From the NCBI GenBank assembly GCA_965203315.1, contig OZ241857.1, forward strand, positions 1,760,001 to 1,824,000: a DNA stretch of 64,000 nucleotides, written 5' to 3'. How positions within the stretch are numbered: position 1 is the stretch's first letter; each line of letters begins with the position of its first letter. Both the position numbers and the translations under genes were made by a program. The stretch comes from Nitrosopumilus sp. Lineage in GTDB: Archaea > Thermoproteota > Nitrososphaeria > Nitrososphaerales > Nitrosopumilaceae. Below, in pieces: positions 10,465 to 20,654 of the stretch. The notes beneath the pieces were generated by a model, which saw nothing but the letters and a program-made list of their open reading frames with translations, did no database searches and had not been told where the DNA came from.

Positions 10465-10941
10465 TTACAACAGGCCAGATTCTTGTAATTGATTCATCAA
10501 AGATTCAAGTTGATTTATCAATTGATCCCGATCTAATGGCGTAGGTTGGGTAAATCTAACTGGGAATGTTATGGTTAACATGTCTTGATCAGTATGCGAT
10601 ATTCTAACTATGTGCTGTTCTTGTTTGATATTGGTAAAGAGTTCCATCCATCTCTTGATATGTAACTGTACTCGTTCAGTATTCTCTCTTACATAATCTA
10701 GTGATGCTTCAAGATCGGTATCAAATAGTTTAAATTTCACTAGCGGAACCATTATCAATCCTCCTGAAACTTTGTCTTGATTCTTTATCATCTTGGCAAT
10801 CATCTCTTCATAGTCTTCATTTGCAATGATGTCCCCATAATCTGGTTCAAAGTATCCTGCAATCCTCTTTTTTGAATCATATATTCTAAAGACATCTTCG
10901 TCGAGATCTAGCTTCCAAGACATAATCTCTTGTATGTTCAT
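10465..10941 (-). CDS. hypothetical protein
   Basis: 158-aa ORF; stop abuts the convergent gene. Confidence 0.7.
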   Translation of the reverse strand: MNIQEIMSWKLDLDEDVFRIYDSKKRIAGYFEPDYGDIIANEDYEEMIAKMIKNQDKVSGGLIMVPLVKFKLFDTDLEASLDYVRENTERVQLHIKRWMELFTNIKQEQHIVRISHTDQDMLTITFPVRFTQPTPLDRDQLINQLESLMNQLQESGLL

Positions 10942-11033
10942 GTAGTTTGAATTTATTTGATACGCATCTTGATATATCTAAAATAGATCAATTGATGACA
11001 GTTAAATAAACTGAAATTATTTGGTACAATGTA

Positions 11034-11402
11034 ATGACAATCTCAAAAGAGACTCGTGAGTTTATCTCTAGTTTGATCGATTATTATGTCGAAGAGGCTG
11101 AGTCGTATAGACAGATTGCTGGCAACTTTTCAGAGATTGAATCCATCTCTGACACTGCATTTGGAATAATTATAGGATGTGTCTATTCAGGATTTCTCCA
11201 AGCATATCAGAGTCAACAACTCTCACCTGGACTCGAAGATATTAGAGAATTCAACAATATGATTCAAGAGCGTGCAACACTTATCAGACGAGCCATAGAT
11301 GCAGAATCAGTCGATGCCGAACCCACCGCCGGTGATCCTAGTAATCATATTGAACTAGATGACGCCATATCATCAGACAACAAAACCAAACAATCTGTCT
11401 GA
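11034..11402 (+). CDS. hypothetical protein
   Basis: 122-aa ORF with upstream TTAAATA box. Confidence 0.7.
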   Translation: MTISKETREFISSLIDYYVEEAESYRQIAGNFSEIESISDTAFGIIIGCVYSGFLQAYQSQQLSPGLEDIREFNNMIQERATLIRRAIDAESVDAEPTAGDPSNHIELDDAISSDNKTKQSV

Positions 11403-11896
11403 TGTGATATTGAGGATTGTGAATGTTTAATACAAAGACATCGAATCTACAGATGGAATATTTTCGATTTACATGGGATAACATTTCACAATGTTTTCCC
11501 ATAACTTTCCCTTGTAGAATATTGTAGTGTTTTCTGTAACCATCCTATCCAATGTGAACTGAAAAGATCCTACAGGTGAATGGATAAAAAAGATCGATTG
11601 TTGATTGGTGTTCTATCTGATCCATTTGATAGTAATTAAACTAGAAACATCAGCAAAGACTAATCGATGACGAAATAGATTTATCGAATTTATGCCCTGA
11701 TCATTAGATTAAACTGATGTAGAATGTGTTTCAGAATATCCATGTATGGCCCGCAAACTCATCTACAAATCCTAGAGTATGATTATTGCTCATCATCATC
11801 GAATCAAAAGAACTCTCTCTACATATCTGACTTGCAAAAAAAGTCTCGATATTGTATCAGATACAATTTAATCCGTGATGTATCGTACAATATATC

Positions 11897-11989
11897 ATGA
11901 ATGTGGACGGTAGCAAGGTGATATTTGGTCTGGGCGTGGCATCTGCTGTTGCAACTGCCGTAATAGCACTGTATTTTGCAATCCGTTAG
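11897..11989 (+). CDS. putative 30-aa single-pass membrane peptide
   Basis: Translates to MNVDGSKVIFGLGVASAVATAVIALYFAIR*; TTTAAT box upstream; not in the ORF track. Confidence 0.55.
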   Translation: MNVDGSKVIFGLGVASAVATAVIALYFAIR

Positions 11990-12018
11990 AGATAAATCAT
12001 ATATCGCTTGTCACACAA

Positions 12019-12336
12019 ATGATGTCTGATACAAACGAGTTCAAGATAACACAGATCGTTGATAATGGACAGATCGTACAGCTAACTCTTGTAGAGAATG
12101 TGTCTACTGAACCAATATCACAAAAGCAGTTGATGATCGATAACGTTTCCAAGAGGCTTGATGAGGATACAAAAGAACACGTCATGCCTTTGTTGGAGGC
12201 ACTCCTTCAGTCACAGCCAACAGTTAACGTAAAATCATATCAACAGACTCAAATCGTGATAACTACTCCCAAAGGAAGATATGATAGGATGGGACGCCCA
12301 CAAGTTGGTCAAACGATACAAATTAACATTAACTAA
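12019..12336 (+). CDS. hypothetical protein
   Basis: 105-aa ORF. Confidence 0.65.
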   Translation: MMSDTNEFKITQIVDNGQIVQLTLVENVSTEPISQKQLMIDNVSKRLDEDTKEHVMPLLEALLQSQPTVNVKSYQQTQIVITTPKGRYDRMGRPQVGQTIQININ

Positions 12337-14354
12337 AGATTCTCTTCAATCTCTGATATTGTATGTAATGGAAGAGAACATGTAAAATTTTTACATACAA
12401 AGGTGGTAGTTTCTAAACTAAACTCTTTCCCAGCAAAGAATGGATATCTTGAGAGTTGCCCCAACCAAGCCTCGTCTGATACTGCAACCATTAATGAGTT
12501 TGGAAGATAACGCTTACAGAGTGTTGTATACATATCAGACTTGTCTGGATTAATTACAGTAATCTCTGTAAATCCTTGAAGATACATTCCAATTACGTTT
12601 AGTAAATATCCAAAAGCGAACGGATTCTCGGCAGCTGATTCTCCTTGCGCCTCGATCACATTTGTCACTATATCTTTATAATCATCTCTCTGTAAAATAT
12701 GCGCTAGTCGTAACAAGACATATGTTGCCACCGAATTCCCAGAAGGCAGTGATAAATCATGATCATTTTTTGGGCGTATTATCAACTGCTCATGATTCTT
12801 TGATGTCATAAAAAAGGTACAACTAGTCGGATCCCAGAAATCTTTTACCAGTGTATTGACAAGTAATTGGGACAATTCGAGATATTTTGGATCTGCTTTG
12901 ACTTCAAACAAGTCTAATAGAGCATTGGCAAAATATGCATAATCTTCAAGATATGCGTCGATCTTTGCAGTACCGTTTTTGTATGTACGTACTAGTCTGT
13001 GATTGTACAACATTTTAGTTGTGATAAACTCGACACACTTGATAGCTGTTGTCAAGTATGATGTCTGCTGTGATACACGATATCCTTTGACGAAGGCACT
13101 GATCATCAGCGCATTCCATGAAACCAGTGTTTTGTCATCAAGCCCTGGCATCGGACGTTTGGCCCTAGTTGCGAGTAACAGCTTTGAACATGTCGCAATC
13201 TTTGCTCTAACATCATCTACAGTAAAGCCAAAGTTGAACGCGACTGACGCGATATCGATATTGTTACATAATATGTTAGTCGATTCCCAATTTCCTCCAT
13301 CGCTTACATCATAATACATACAAAATAGATCTGCATCATTGCCTAGAATCTCTTTGATCTCTGACTTGGTCCAAACATAAAATTTGCCCTCTATGCCTTC
13401 CGAGTCTGCATCATATGCAGAGTAGAAACTTCCTTCTTGCGACGTCATCTCGTTTTGAACAAAGTCTAACGTACGTTGAGCAATATCTAGATAAAATGGA
13501 TCTTTTGTTATTTGATATGCCTCGATATAGTTTATTGGAATTAATGCATTATCGTACAACATCTTTTCAAAGTGAGGTACTAACCATTTTGCATCTGTTG
13601 AGTATCTGTGAAATCCCCCTCCTATTTGATCAAATATTCCTCCTTTGGCCATCTTGGTTAGTGTCTTTAATGCAAACTCTGTAAATCTAGTATGGCCAGT
13701 CATGTGTCCATATCGTAGTAGAAACGACACATTTGCTGTACTGGGAAACTTGGGAGCAGAACCAAAACCGCCGTAAACATGATCGCCCAACTGAAACAGA
13801 TTCATTGCAGCTTCGTCTAATAGTATCGGTTCTATCTTTGATTTCTTGTTGGGTTCTTTATTGTATAGTTTATCTACAAAGTTTTTTGCGGCGCGCTGTA
13901 CGTCACTTGGATTTTCTTTCCATGCTTGAGATACTTGTCTACAGACACTCTCAAATCCAGGTCGTCCATATGTATCCATGACTGGAAAATATGTTCCAAC
14001 ATAAAACGGTGCTTGATCTGGGGTTAGAAATATGCTTAATGGCCAACCTCCTTGACCAGTTGCCATCTGACATACTTTTTGATAAATATCGTCTATGTCT
14101 GGTCGTTCTTCTCTATCGACTTTGATATTTACAAAGTTTCCATTCATAAATTCTGCAATCGTATTATTCTCAAACGACTCATGTGCCATAACGTGACACC
14201 AATGACATGAACTATATCCTATACTTAGAAAGATTGGCTTGTTCTCATCTCTAGCTCTTTGTAGTGCTTTATCAGACCATGGATGCCAGTCTACTGGATT
14301 TTCTGCATGTTGTAATAGGTAAGGGCTTGTCTCATTTGCGAGATGGTTTGTCAT
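12333..14354 (-). CDS. thioredoxin-domain protein, YyaL/SPATA20 (DUF255) family
   Basis: [47 protein letters not shown] and [11 protein letters not shown]. Confidence 0.93.
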   Translation of the reverse strand: MTNHLANETSPYLLQHAENPVDWHPWSDKALQRARDENKPIFLSIGYSSCHWCHVMAHESFENNTIAEFMNGNFVNIKVDREERPDIDDIYQKVCQMATGQGGWPLSIFLTPDQAPFYVGTYFPVMDTYGRPGFESVCRQVSQAWKENPSDVQRAAKNFVDKLYNKEPNKKSKIEPILLDEAAMNLFQLGDHVYGGFGSAPKFPSTANVSFLLRYGHMTGHTRFTEFALKTLTKMAKGGIFDQIGGGFHRYSTDAKWLVPHFEKMLYDNALIPINYIEAYQITKDPFYLDIAQRTLDFVQNEMTSQEGSFYSAYDADSEGIEGKFYVWTKSEIKEILGNDADLFCMYYDVSDGGNWESTNILCNNIDIASVAFNFGFTVDDVRAKIATCSKLLLATRAKRPMPGLDDKTLVSWNALMISAFVKGYRVSQQTSYLTTAIKCVEFITTKMLYNHRLVRTYKNGTAKIDAYLEDYAYFANALLDLFEVKADPKYLELSQLLVNTLVKDFWDPTSCTFFMTSKNHEQLIIRPKNDHDLSLPSGNSVATYVLLRLAHILQRDDYKDIVTNVIEAQGESAAENPFAFGYLLNVIGMYLQGFTEITVINPDKSDMYTTLCKRYLPNSLMVAVSDEAWLGQLSRYPFFAGKEFSLETTTFVCKNFTCSLPLHTISEIEENL

Positions 14355-14399
14355 ATATGAAAAGCATATTGGTTGAATATTTGTATCTAGGTATTAGAG

Positions 14400-14651
14400 T
14401 TATTCTGTATCTATTGTTCCGCCTTGACCATACAACACATGCATTGTGTATGTCTTTATGATATCGGGGTGACGACGTAGTCTCTTTACCATCTGCTCTA
14501 CTCCATTTGGATCTATTGTTGAGATTTTGAGAAAAATGTCGTACTTGCCCCAGATCCCATTTATCTCAACTATGTCTTTGACGCTCTTCAACTCATCGAT
14601 CAGCCTTGTCTCTGTTCCTGCGTTACAGTTGACTAGTATGTATGCTTGCAT
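14400..14651 (-). CDS. Lrp/AsnC ligand-binding domain protein
   Basis: AYILVNC..G.E..LIDELK...GIWGKYDIFLKI. Confidence 0.85.
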   Translation of the reverse strand: MQAYILVNCNAGTETRLIDELKSVKDIVEINGIWGKYDIFLKISTIDPNGVEQMVKRLRRHPDIIKTYTMHVLYGQGGTIDTE

Positions 14652-14719
14652 ACATATACTTTGATTCCATAGTAGATAAATCTAATGTTCATGTCTTGCA
14701 TCTTATAAGGAGTCTCTAC

Positions 14720-14835
14720 GGATCTTTACGGTTCACGTGTGATGAATAATTGAAGAAAAAGCGCTACCCGACCCTACAAGTGGAAATTAGAAAAAAGCCT
14801 TGTGAAATGTTATCTCACGTAAATCGAAAAGATCC
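14720..14835. mobile_element. MITE family B, copy 1 (116 bp)
   Basis: Ends GGATCTTTACGGTTCACGTG...CACGTAAATCGAAAAGATCC; homologous to four other copies. Confidence 0.8.
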
Positions 14836-14975
14836 ATGTGATTCCAAATATCTAATGATCGTTGTCTCATCGTTTCTCATATTCACAAGCGACTCTAAAT
14901 CCAACGTTACTTGACACTAAATTCCATCATATTATTCTAGGGCCCCAGGTAGTTAATCGCCTAAAACAATAATCA

Positions 14976-15617
14976 CTAAATTAGAATATCTCTCTTTTCT
15001 GAAACAATCTGATGTTTCAAACTATCTGGTAGATCAGGTATGGTTGATTTAGTTTTGTTTGCGATAACATTCTGAGCTTCATCTAGTATGGCACGTGTCT
15101 CGGAATTCATGCCACTATCCATTGATATCGTTTGACCTTGTACAGAAGAGCTATCCATAATATCGCCTAACATGTTGGACAAGTCTTGCATCGATGCAGT
15201 AGCTGATGGTACTATTCCGTTCAACGATGGTCCTAAATTCTTGATAACTGCCATGCATGGACTAAGTGTTACTACAAGATCGCCAAACTCCGATATCGTC
15301 TCTAGTCTTACCTTCACTCGTTCTAGTGCGGTTTTAGCAGTACTCATCATATTGGCTACCTTTCGAACATGCGCCAACTCGTTAGCATATGCCTGAGCAG
15401 TTGCTGTATTGTCGTTCTTTCGTGCTTCCACAATCTTTGCAAAGTATAGTTCTTCTTTCTTCTTTAGTTTTATTCTGATCTCATCTAGTTTGTTTATCTT
15501 GCCATCTAACTCTGTCTGGGCAACATGAATCTTGTTCTTGAGTGGCGCATCAGGTTTTAGCATGCCTCTCATCTTGTCGGTTATGCTACTCTCTTCCTTA
15601 TTCCAAGACTTGATCAT
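14976..15617 (-). CDS. CdvB/ESCRT-III (Snf7-domain) paralogue
   Basis: AQAYANELAHVRKV...ALERVKVRLETISEFGDLVVTLSPCMAVIK core; ILDEA..A..PDLP tail. Confidence 0.88.
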   Translation of the reverse strand: MIKSWNKEESSITDKMRGMLKPDAPLKNKIHVAQTELDGKINKLDEIRIKLKKKEELYFAKIVEARKNDNTATAQAYANELAHVRKVANMMSTAKTALERVKVRLETISEFGDLVVTLSPCMAVIKNLGPSLNGIVPSATASMQDLSNMLGDIMDSSSVQGQTISMDSGMNSETRAILDEAQNVIANKTKSTIPDLPDSLKHQIVSEKRDILI

Positions 15618-15811
15618 AATGCTTCACTGTCTCTTATCAGCACTAGTTTAAAATCGATTTGTAACTCTGCCATCTGTCACTCTGGTAACAGACATCTCGG
15701 TTACACACTCTGAAGGCAAATCAAATGCTTACATCATGCATCAAGATGGTTTTTGATGATACTCTAGCATCCATGCCTGTGTTGTATTGATGTGTCGTCT
15801 CAAAAAACCGA

Positions 15812-15928
15812 GGATCTTTTCGATTTATGTGGGATTAGTATTTCGCAAGACTTTTTCCATAATTTTCACTCATAGAATCTTGTAGTGCTTTTTTTAACCG
15901 CTCTGTCCCACGTGGACCTAAAAGATCC
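15812..15928. mobile_element. MITE family B, copy 2 (117 bp) with 8-bp TSD
   Basis: TIR GGATCTTTT...AAAAGATCC; TSD AAAACCGA at 15804-15811 and 15929-15936. Confidence 0.9.
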
Positions 15929-15962
15929 AAAACCGATCCCTTAAATACTAATTTATTCAATA

Positions 15963-16880
15963 ATGATTATGGTGTTAGATGAAGAAACCAAGAAATTTGT
16001 GACAGATAATTTATCCGCGTTAAGTCTGTCACTAGAAAGACAGATCGATGTCTCTGGACAAGAACTTCGTAACTCTATTGATGCAATGAAACTACAGTAC
16101 AGTGAAGTTATAGCATCGTTAAAAGAACAGCTTGAGCACCTGAACGATAAAACTAATACACGCACAATATCACTAGAAAGACAGATCGATGTCTCTGGAC
16201 AAGAACTTCGTAACTCTATTGATACAATGAGACTACAGTACAGTGAAGTTATAGGATCGTTAAAAGAACAGTTTGAGCAATTGAATAAGGAAAGTCGTAC
16301 TTACATGAGATCACTAGAAAAGCAAATTGATCTATATAGGCATGAACTTAACCTATATGCTGACTCGTTGAAGCAACAATATAATCAAAGTGTGATATTG
16401 TTAGAAGAACTAATAAAAGCAAATAATAAAAAACTTTATGAAGATCTCGGAATTTGGAAAAAAGACATCAATAATAAAATTGCTGAAAACTCTAAACTTT
16501 TGAAACAAGAGCTACGACAAGAATTCAAAGACACTCTTGCTGAAAACTCTAAACTTTTGAAACAAGAGCTACGACAAGAATTCAAAGACACTCTTGCTGA
16601 AAACTCTAAACTTTTGAAACAAGAGCTACGACAAGAACTCAAAGACACTCTTGCTGAAAACTCTAAACTTTTGAAACAAGAGCTACGACAAGAACTCAAA
16701 GACACTCTTGCTGAAAACTCTAAACTTTTGAAACAAGAGCTACGACAAGAACTCAAAGATGAATTTAAAGCATTTAAAAAGGAATTATTTGTGATGCTCG
16801 AACCAATAATGAGTCTTCCTAAAGATGTTGCGCTGTTAAAGAAAGAAGTAAACATTCTTAAAAATAAGCAAGACAGTTAG
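15963..16880 (+). CDS. coiled-coil / amphipathic-repeat protein
   Basis: 305 aa, all-helical; 141-bp N-terminal duplication and 57-bp tandem repeats. Confidence 0.75.
   Translation: MIMVLDEETKKFVTDNLSALSLSLERQIDVSGQELRNSIDAMKLQYSEVIASLKEQLEHLNDKTNTRTISLERQIDVSGQELRNSIDTMRLQYSEVIGSLKEQFEQLNKESRTYMRSLEKQIDLYRHELNLYADSLKQQYNQSVILLEELIKANNKKLYEDLGIWKKDINNKIAENSKLLKQELRQEFKDTLAENSKLLKQELRQEFKDTLAENSKLLKQELRQELKDTLAENSKLLKQELRQELKDTLAENSKLLKQELRQELKDEFKAFKKELFVMLEPIMSLPKDVALLKKEVNILKNKQDS
16482..16759 (+). repeat. 57-bp coding tandem repeat, ~5 copies (AENSKLLKQELRQE[F/L]KDTL)
   Basis: Units start at 16482, 16539, 16596, 16653 and 16710. Confidence 0.95.
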
Positions 16881-17091
16881 TAATAGTGTACACTTGAGGA
16901 GTTTCGCGAGTAATTCTTTTAGCTTGGATTGATAACGTTGTTAACCCTTGAAAAATTTACTGAAATATCCGAGTAGTGTACTCGTGTAATCTACTATCGT
17001 TTGATCTGTAAACACATGTTTTGGAGATCTATTGTTGTATGGTCTCAACTCTACTGGGCATCATTGGGTCTCAAACCTGAATGTGCACATC

Positions 17092-17325
17092 TTAGCTCCA
17101 GATACCCTTTCCTTCTTCTAGCTCGTATATTCGTACATTGATCTTTGTCAATAATTTCACTTTGGATTTGTGGGCTTTTTTATTGTGAGAATAATCTTTC
17201 TTCTCGATTAATACTTGTAGTCTATACAATTGATCAAGTGAGAGGCGTTTGAATCCGTCCTTTGAATCTGATATCTGCTCAAGTAACTCTACTCGTTCCT
17301 TATCTTCTTCTGTAATCATGTACAT
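17092..17325 (-). CDS. hypothetical protein
   Basis: 77-aa ORF divergent from gatC. Confidence 0.6.
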   Translation of the reverse strand: MYMITEEDKERVELLEQISDSKDGFKRLSLDQLYRLQVLIEKKDYSHNKKAHKSKVKLLTKINVRIYELEEGKGIWS

Positions 17326-17440
17326 ACTCTAAGCCATTGTTATTTATTTCTCTAGTGTGGAAACATTTCACAATTGCACGATGTAATCTGTATGGAATAT
17401 ATGAGGAGCAACACTCGCTCTTTAGATATGGAGATGTGGT

Positions 17441-17707
17441 ATGGTTAGTGAAGAAGAGATAATTAGTATAGCCAATCTGATGCGGATTGAGATTGATGAT
17501 CACAAAGAACATGTAGACAAGGTCTATGCAATGATGAACTATTTTGATATTCTTGACTCGGCTGGGGTTGAAAGTGATGAGCTTGTAATGCATGAGATGC
17601 CTGTAGAAGAGTTACGTACTGATGTGTACATACCATACGAGACAAAATTGATTACCAAATTAAAAAACTATAAAGGAAATTATATACGGGCGCCGTCGAT
17701 GTCCTAA
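17441..17707 (+). CDS. gatC: Asp-tRNA(Asn)/Glu-tRNA(Gln) amidotransferase subunit C
   Basis: Small ORF preceding gatA; EEI..IA.L.RI and LR.D...YIRAP motifs. Confidence 0.85.
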   Translation: MVSEEEIISIANLMRIEIDDHKEHVDKVYAMMNYFDILDSAGVESDELVMHEMPVEELRTDVYIPYETKLITKLKNYKGNYIRAPSMS

Positions 17708-19146
17708 TGAACCTCAAAATCTCAGCTCTGGACTACATACATTGTATACAACAAGGTGAATTTACCGTAGAAGATTTCATATCTGAAACAATTTATCACA
17801 TACAAGCAAAGGATGGTGATATACATGCAATGTTGTCTATAAACGATACAGCGATATCCAAAGCTAGAGAGATAGATAAAAAGATAAAGACGGGTGAAGA
17901 TGTAGGTGCATGTCTTGGTCTCCCAATATCAATAAAAGACAACATATGTGTCAAAGATAGTCCTACAACATGTGCTTCTATGATGTTGAAAGACTTTGTT
18001 GCACCATACGATGCTACTGTTGTGTCTAGACTTAGAGAACAAGATGCAATATTTGTTGGAAAGACAAATCTAGACGAGTTTGCAATGGGATTGACTACAG
18101 AGTTTAGTGCGTTTGGTCCGACCAAAAACCCGTGGCATGTCGATTATGTTCCCGGCGGTTCATCTGGAGGTAGCGCAGCAGCAGTTTGTGCATTTGAGTG
18201 TATTGCATCACTTGGTTCTGACACCGGTGGCTCTGTTAGAAATCCAGCTAGTTTCTGTTCTGTGGTTGGGTACAAACCTACCTATGGACTGTTGAGTCGG
18301 TACGGTTTGATATCTTATGCTAATAGTATAGAACAGATAGGTCCTATCACTAGAACTGTAAAAGATGCTGCATTTCTACTCAATATCATTGCAGGTTATG
18401 ACATCAATGACAACACTACAATTAATCACACTCAAGATTATTTGGAAGATATTGATCAGGGCATAAAAGGTAGAAAGATTGGTATCGTGAAAGAGATGTG
18501 CGATGGATGCGATCCTCGTGTGTCTCAAACGATAGACATTGCAATCGCAAAGCTGCAGTCTTGTGGAGCTATATGTGAATATGTATCATTAGATATGGTT
18601 CGTTACTCGGTTGCTGCATACTATGTCCTAACTGCTGCGGAGGCTGGAAGCAATCTAGCACGATATGACAACATTCGTTATGGATATGATTTTGGAGTTG
18701 AAGGATACGAGTTTAACTCGTATATCAAACAGGCGAGACGAAGATTTGGACCAGAAGTCACACGCAGGATGATACTTGGAGGATTTGTTCCGTCTGTTGG
18801 TTATAAAGGCAAGTATCTTCTAAAGGCACTCAAGATAAAGAAGAGACTTGAACAAGAGGTAAGTGATATCTTTAAACATTATGATCTATTGCTTGGTCCA
18901 ACTGTACCAATGCTGCCATTCCCTATAGGATCCAAAATTGATGACCCTGTAGAGTTGTTCAAAATAGATATCAATACAGTAACTGCTAACCTCACTAATA
19001 GGCCTGCTATATCTGTGCCTTGTGCTATCTGTGATGGACTTCCTGTTGGAATACAACTCATGGCCGACTCTCTACAAGACAAACTTTTATTGCGTGCTGC
19101 TCGCACGCTTGAAAAAACCACAAATCTACAGGAGGTACCCATATGA
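17707..19146 (+). CDS. gatA: amidotransferase subunit A
   Basis: Amidase signature PGGSSGGSAA, GSDTGGSVRNPA, NLARYDNIRYG. Confidence 0.96.
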   Translation: MNLKISALDYIHCIQQGEFTVEDFISETIYHIQAKDGDIHAMLSINDTAISKAREIDKKIKTGEDVGACLGLPISIKDNICVKDSPTTCASMMLKDFVAPYDATVVSRLREQDAIFVGKTNLDEFAMGLTTEFSAFGPTKNPWHVDYVPGGSSGGSAAAVCAFECIASLGSDTGGSVRNPASFCSVVGYKPTYGLLSRYGLISYANSIEQIGPITRTVKDAAFLLNIIAGYDINDNTTINHTQDYLEDIDQGIKGRKIGIVKEMCDGCDPRVSQTIDIAIAKLQSCGAICEYVSLDMVRYSVAAYYVLTAAEAGSNLARYDNIRYGYDFGVEGYEFNSYIKQARRRFGPEVTRRMILGGFVPSVGYKGKYLLKALKIKKRLEQEVSDIFKHYDLLLGPTVPMLPFPIGSKIDDPVELFKIDINTVTANLTNRPAISVPCAICDGLPVGIQLMADSLQDKLLLRAARTLEKTTNLQEVPI

Positions 19147-20543
19147 TAAAGATAGGACTAGAGATTCACTGCCAACTCACAAACCTCAACAGTAAGCTAT
19201 TCTGTCCATGCAAAGCAGATTATCGTAGCTTTGAGGTAAATGAAAATATCTGTCCTATCTGTGTTGGCATTCCTGGTAGTCTTCCTAGACTGAATCAAGC
19301 AGCTGTAAAAAAAGCAGCCATGATTGCAATGTCGCTTGGTTGTAAAGTTCCAGAACGCATCGCATTCTTTCGCAAAAATTACTTTTATCCAGATCTACCA
19401 AAAAACTTTCAAATCACTCAGCTCAACATCTATGGTGATACCTGTATTGGAACTAGCGGTACAATGGTACTAGGTGATGCAACAATACACATAGCTCGAG
19501 TACAGATAGAAGAAGATCCTGGTAGATTGATATACGATGAACAATCAAACACCAAGACCGTCTTGATAGATTATAATCGTGCCGGTGTACCACTAGTTGA
19601 GATTGTAACAGAACCTGATTTTAAAAGTCCAAAGCAAGTACGTGTATTTGTCAACATGCTTGCAGATCTGCTTGAGAATCTAGATGTGGCAGATCCTCAT
19701 CTAGATGGAGCAATGCGTGCTGATGCTAATGTGTCTATACAAGGCGGTAACAAAGTTGAGATAAAGAATATTAACTCATTTCATGATCTAGAAAAAGCAA
19801 TACAGTACGAGTTGACACGTCAGACTAGTTTACACTCTCGTGGAATTGATATCTTACAAGAGACTCGTCATTGGGATGATCGTCGAAGAGTCACGAATCC
19901 TTCTAGGGCAAAGGAAGAGTCATTGGACTATCACTATATTCTTGAATCTGATATACCGTGGATAAAGATATCCTCTATACTCGGTGAACTAGAGCATAAC
20001 ATGCCTGAGAGTATAAACTCTAAACGAGATCGCTATATTGCAGAGTATGGACTACAACGTCAAGTGGCAGACGTTCTTGTGGCAGATAGATTTTATTCCA
20101 GTATGTTTGAAGCAACATGTCCAGACTCTGACGCAATAGAGATTGCAAATATCATAACAACCGATCTGATGGGTCTGGTAGATACGCGCCAAAGACGTAA
20201 CGACTCAAAGATCACACCAAAACATCTCAAGGATCTGGCACATGCTATACTGTCTGGCGCGATATCACGCAATGCCGCAAAGAGTGCATTGTACGAGATG
20301 GTAAATACTGGTCAGAATCTCTCGGAGATTGTGTCGAGATTGGATCTTGCAAGTATTGTAGATCAGAACGAGCTCGATCGTATTGTATCACAAGTGATAG
20401 CAGAAGAACCATCTGTTGTTGAACAGGCAAAGACAAACCCCAAGACTATCAACTATCTCTTGGGTCTGATCATGCGTAAGACAAAAGGTAAAGCTGATCC
20501 AAAGATGACTCTTGAGCTACTTCGCTCAAAGATTGATTCATAA
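19143..20543 (+). CDS. gatB: amidotransferase subunit B
   Basis: IGLEIHCQL, RKNYFYPDLPK, DYNRAGVPLVEIVTEPD. Confidence 0.96.
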   Translation: MIKIGLEIHCQLTNLNSKLFCPCKADYRSFEVNENICPICVGIPGSLPRLNQAAVKKAAMIAMSLGCKVPERIAFFRKNYFYPDLPKNFQITQLNIYGDTCIGTSGTMVLGDATIHIARVQIEEDPGRLIYDEQSNTKTVLIDYNRAGVPLVEIVTEPDFKSPKQVRVFVNMLADLLENLDVADPHLDGAMRADANVSIQGGNKVEIKNINSFHDLEKAIQYELTRQTSLHSRGIDILQETRHWDDRRRVTNPSRAKEESLDYHYILESDIPWIKISSILGELEHNMPESINSKRDRYIAEYGLQRQVADVLVADRFYSSMFEATCPDSDAIEIANIITTDLMGLVDTRQRRNDSKITPKHLKDLAHAILSGAISRNAAKSALYEMVNTGQNLSEIVSRLDLASIVDQNELDRIVSQVIAEEPSVVEQAKTNPKTINYLLGLIMRKTKGKADPKMTLELLRSKIDS

Positions 20544-20654
20544 ATGTTGACTGCATACTCGACTCGAGTCCTAGTTGGTCACTAATGTGTGTGATCTCAT
20601 GTTCTCTAGATGTCAGAATCGTTGAACTAGATATATTTGATCGATATGCACAAT

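Noticed and set aside
14720-15928. CdvB paralogue flanked by two MITE-B copies as a composite transposon
   Set aside because: Copy 2 has its own TSD, showing independent insertion, and the gene looks like a core gene
16436-16855. Antisense ORFs over the 57-bp repeats, and over the 66-bp repeats (24520-25279)
   Set aside because: They are stop-free only because the repeat unit lacks a stop codon in that frame
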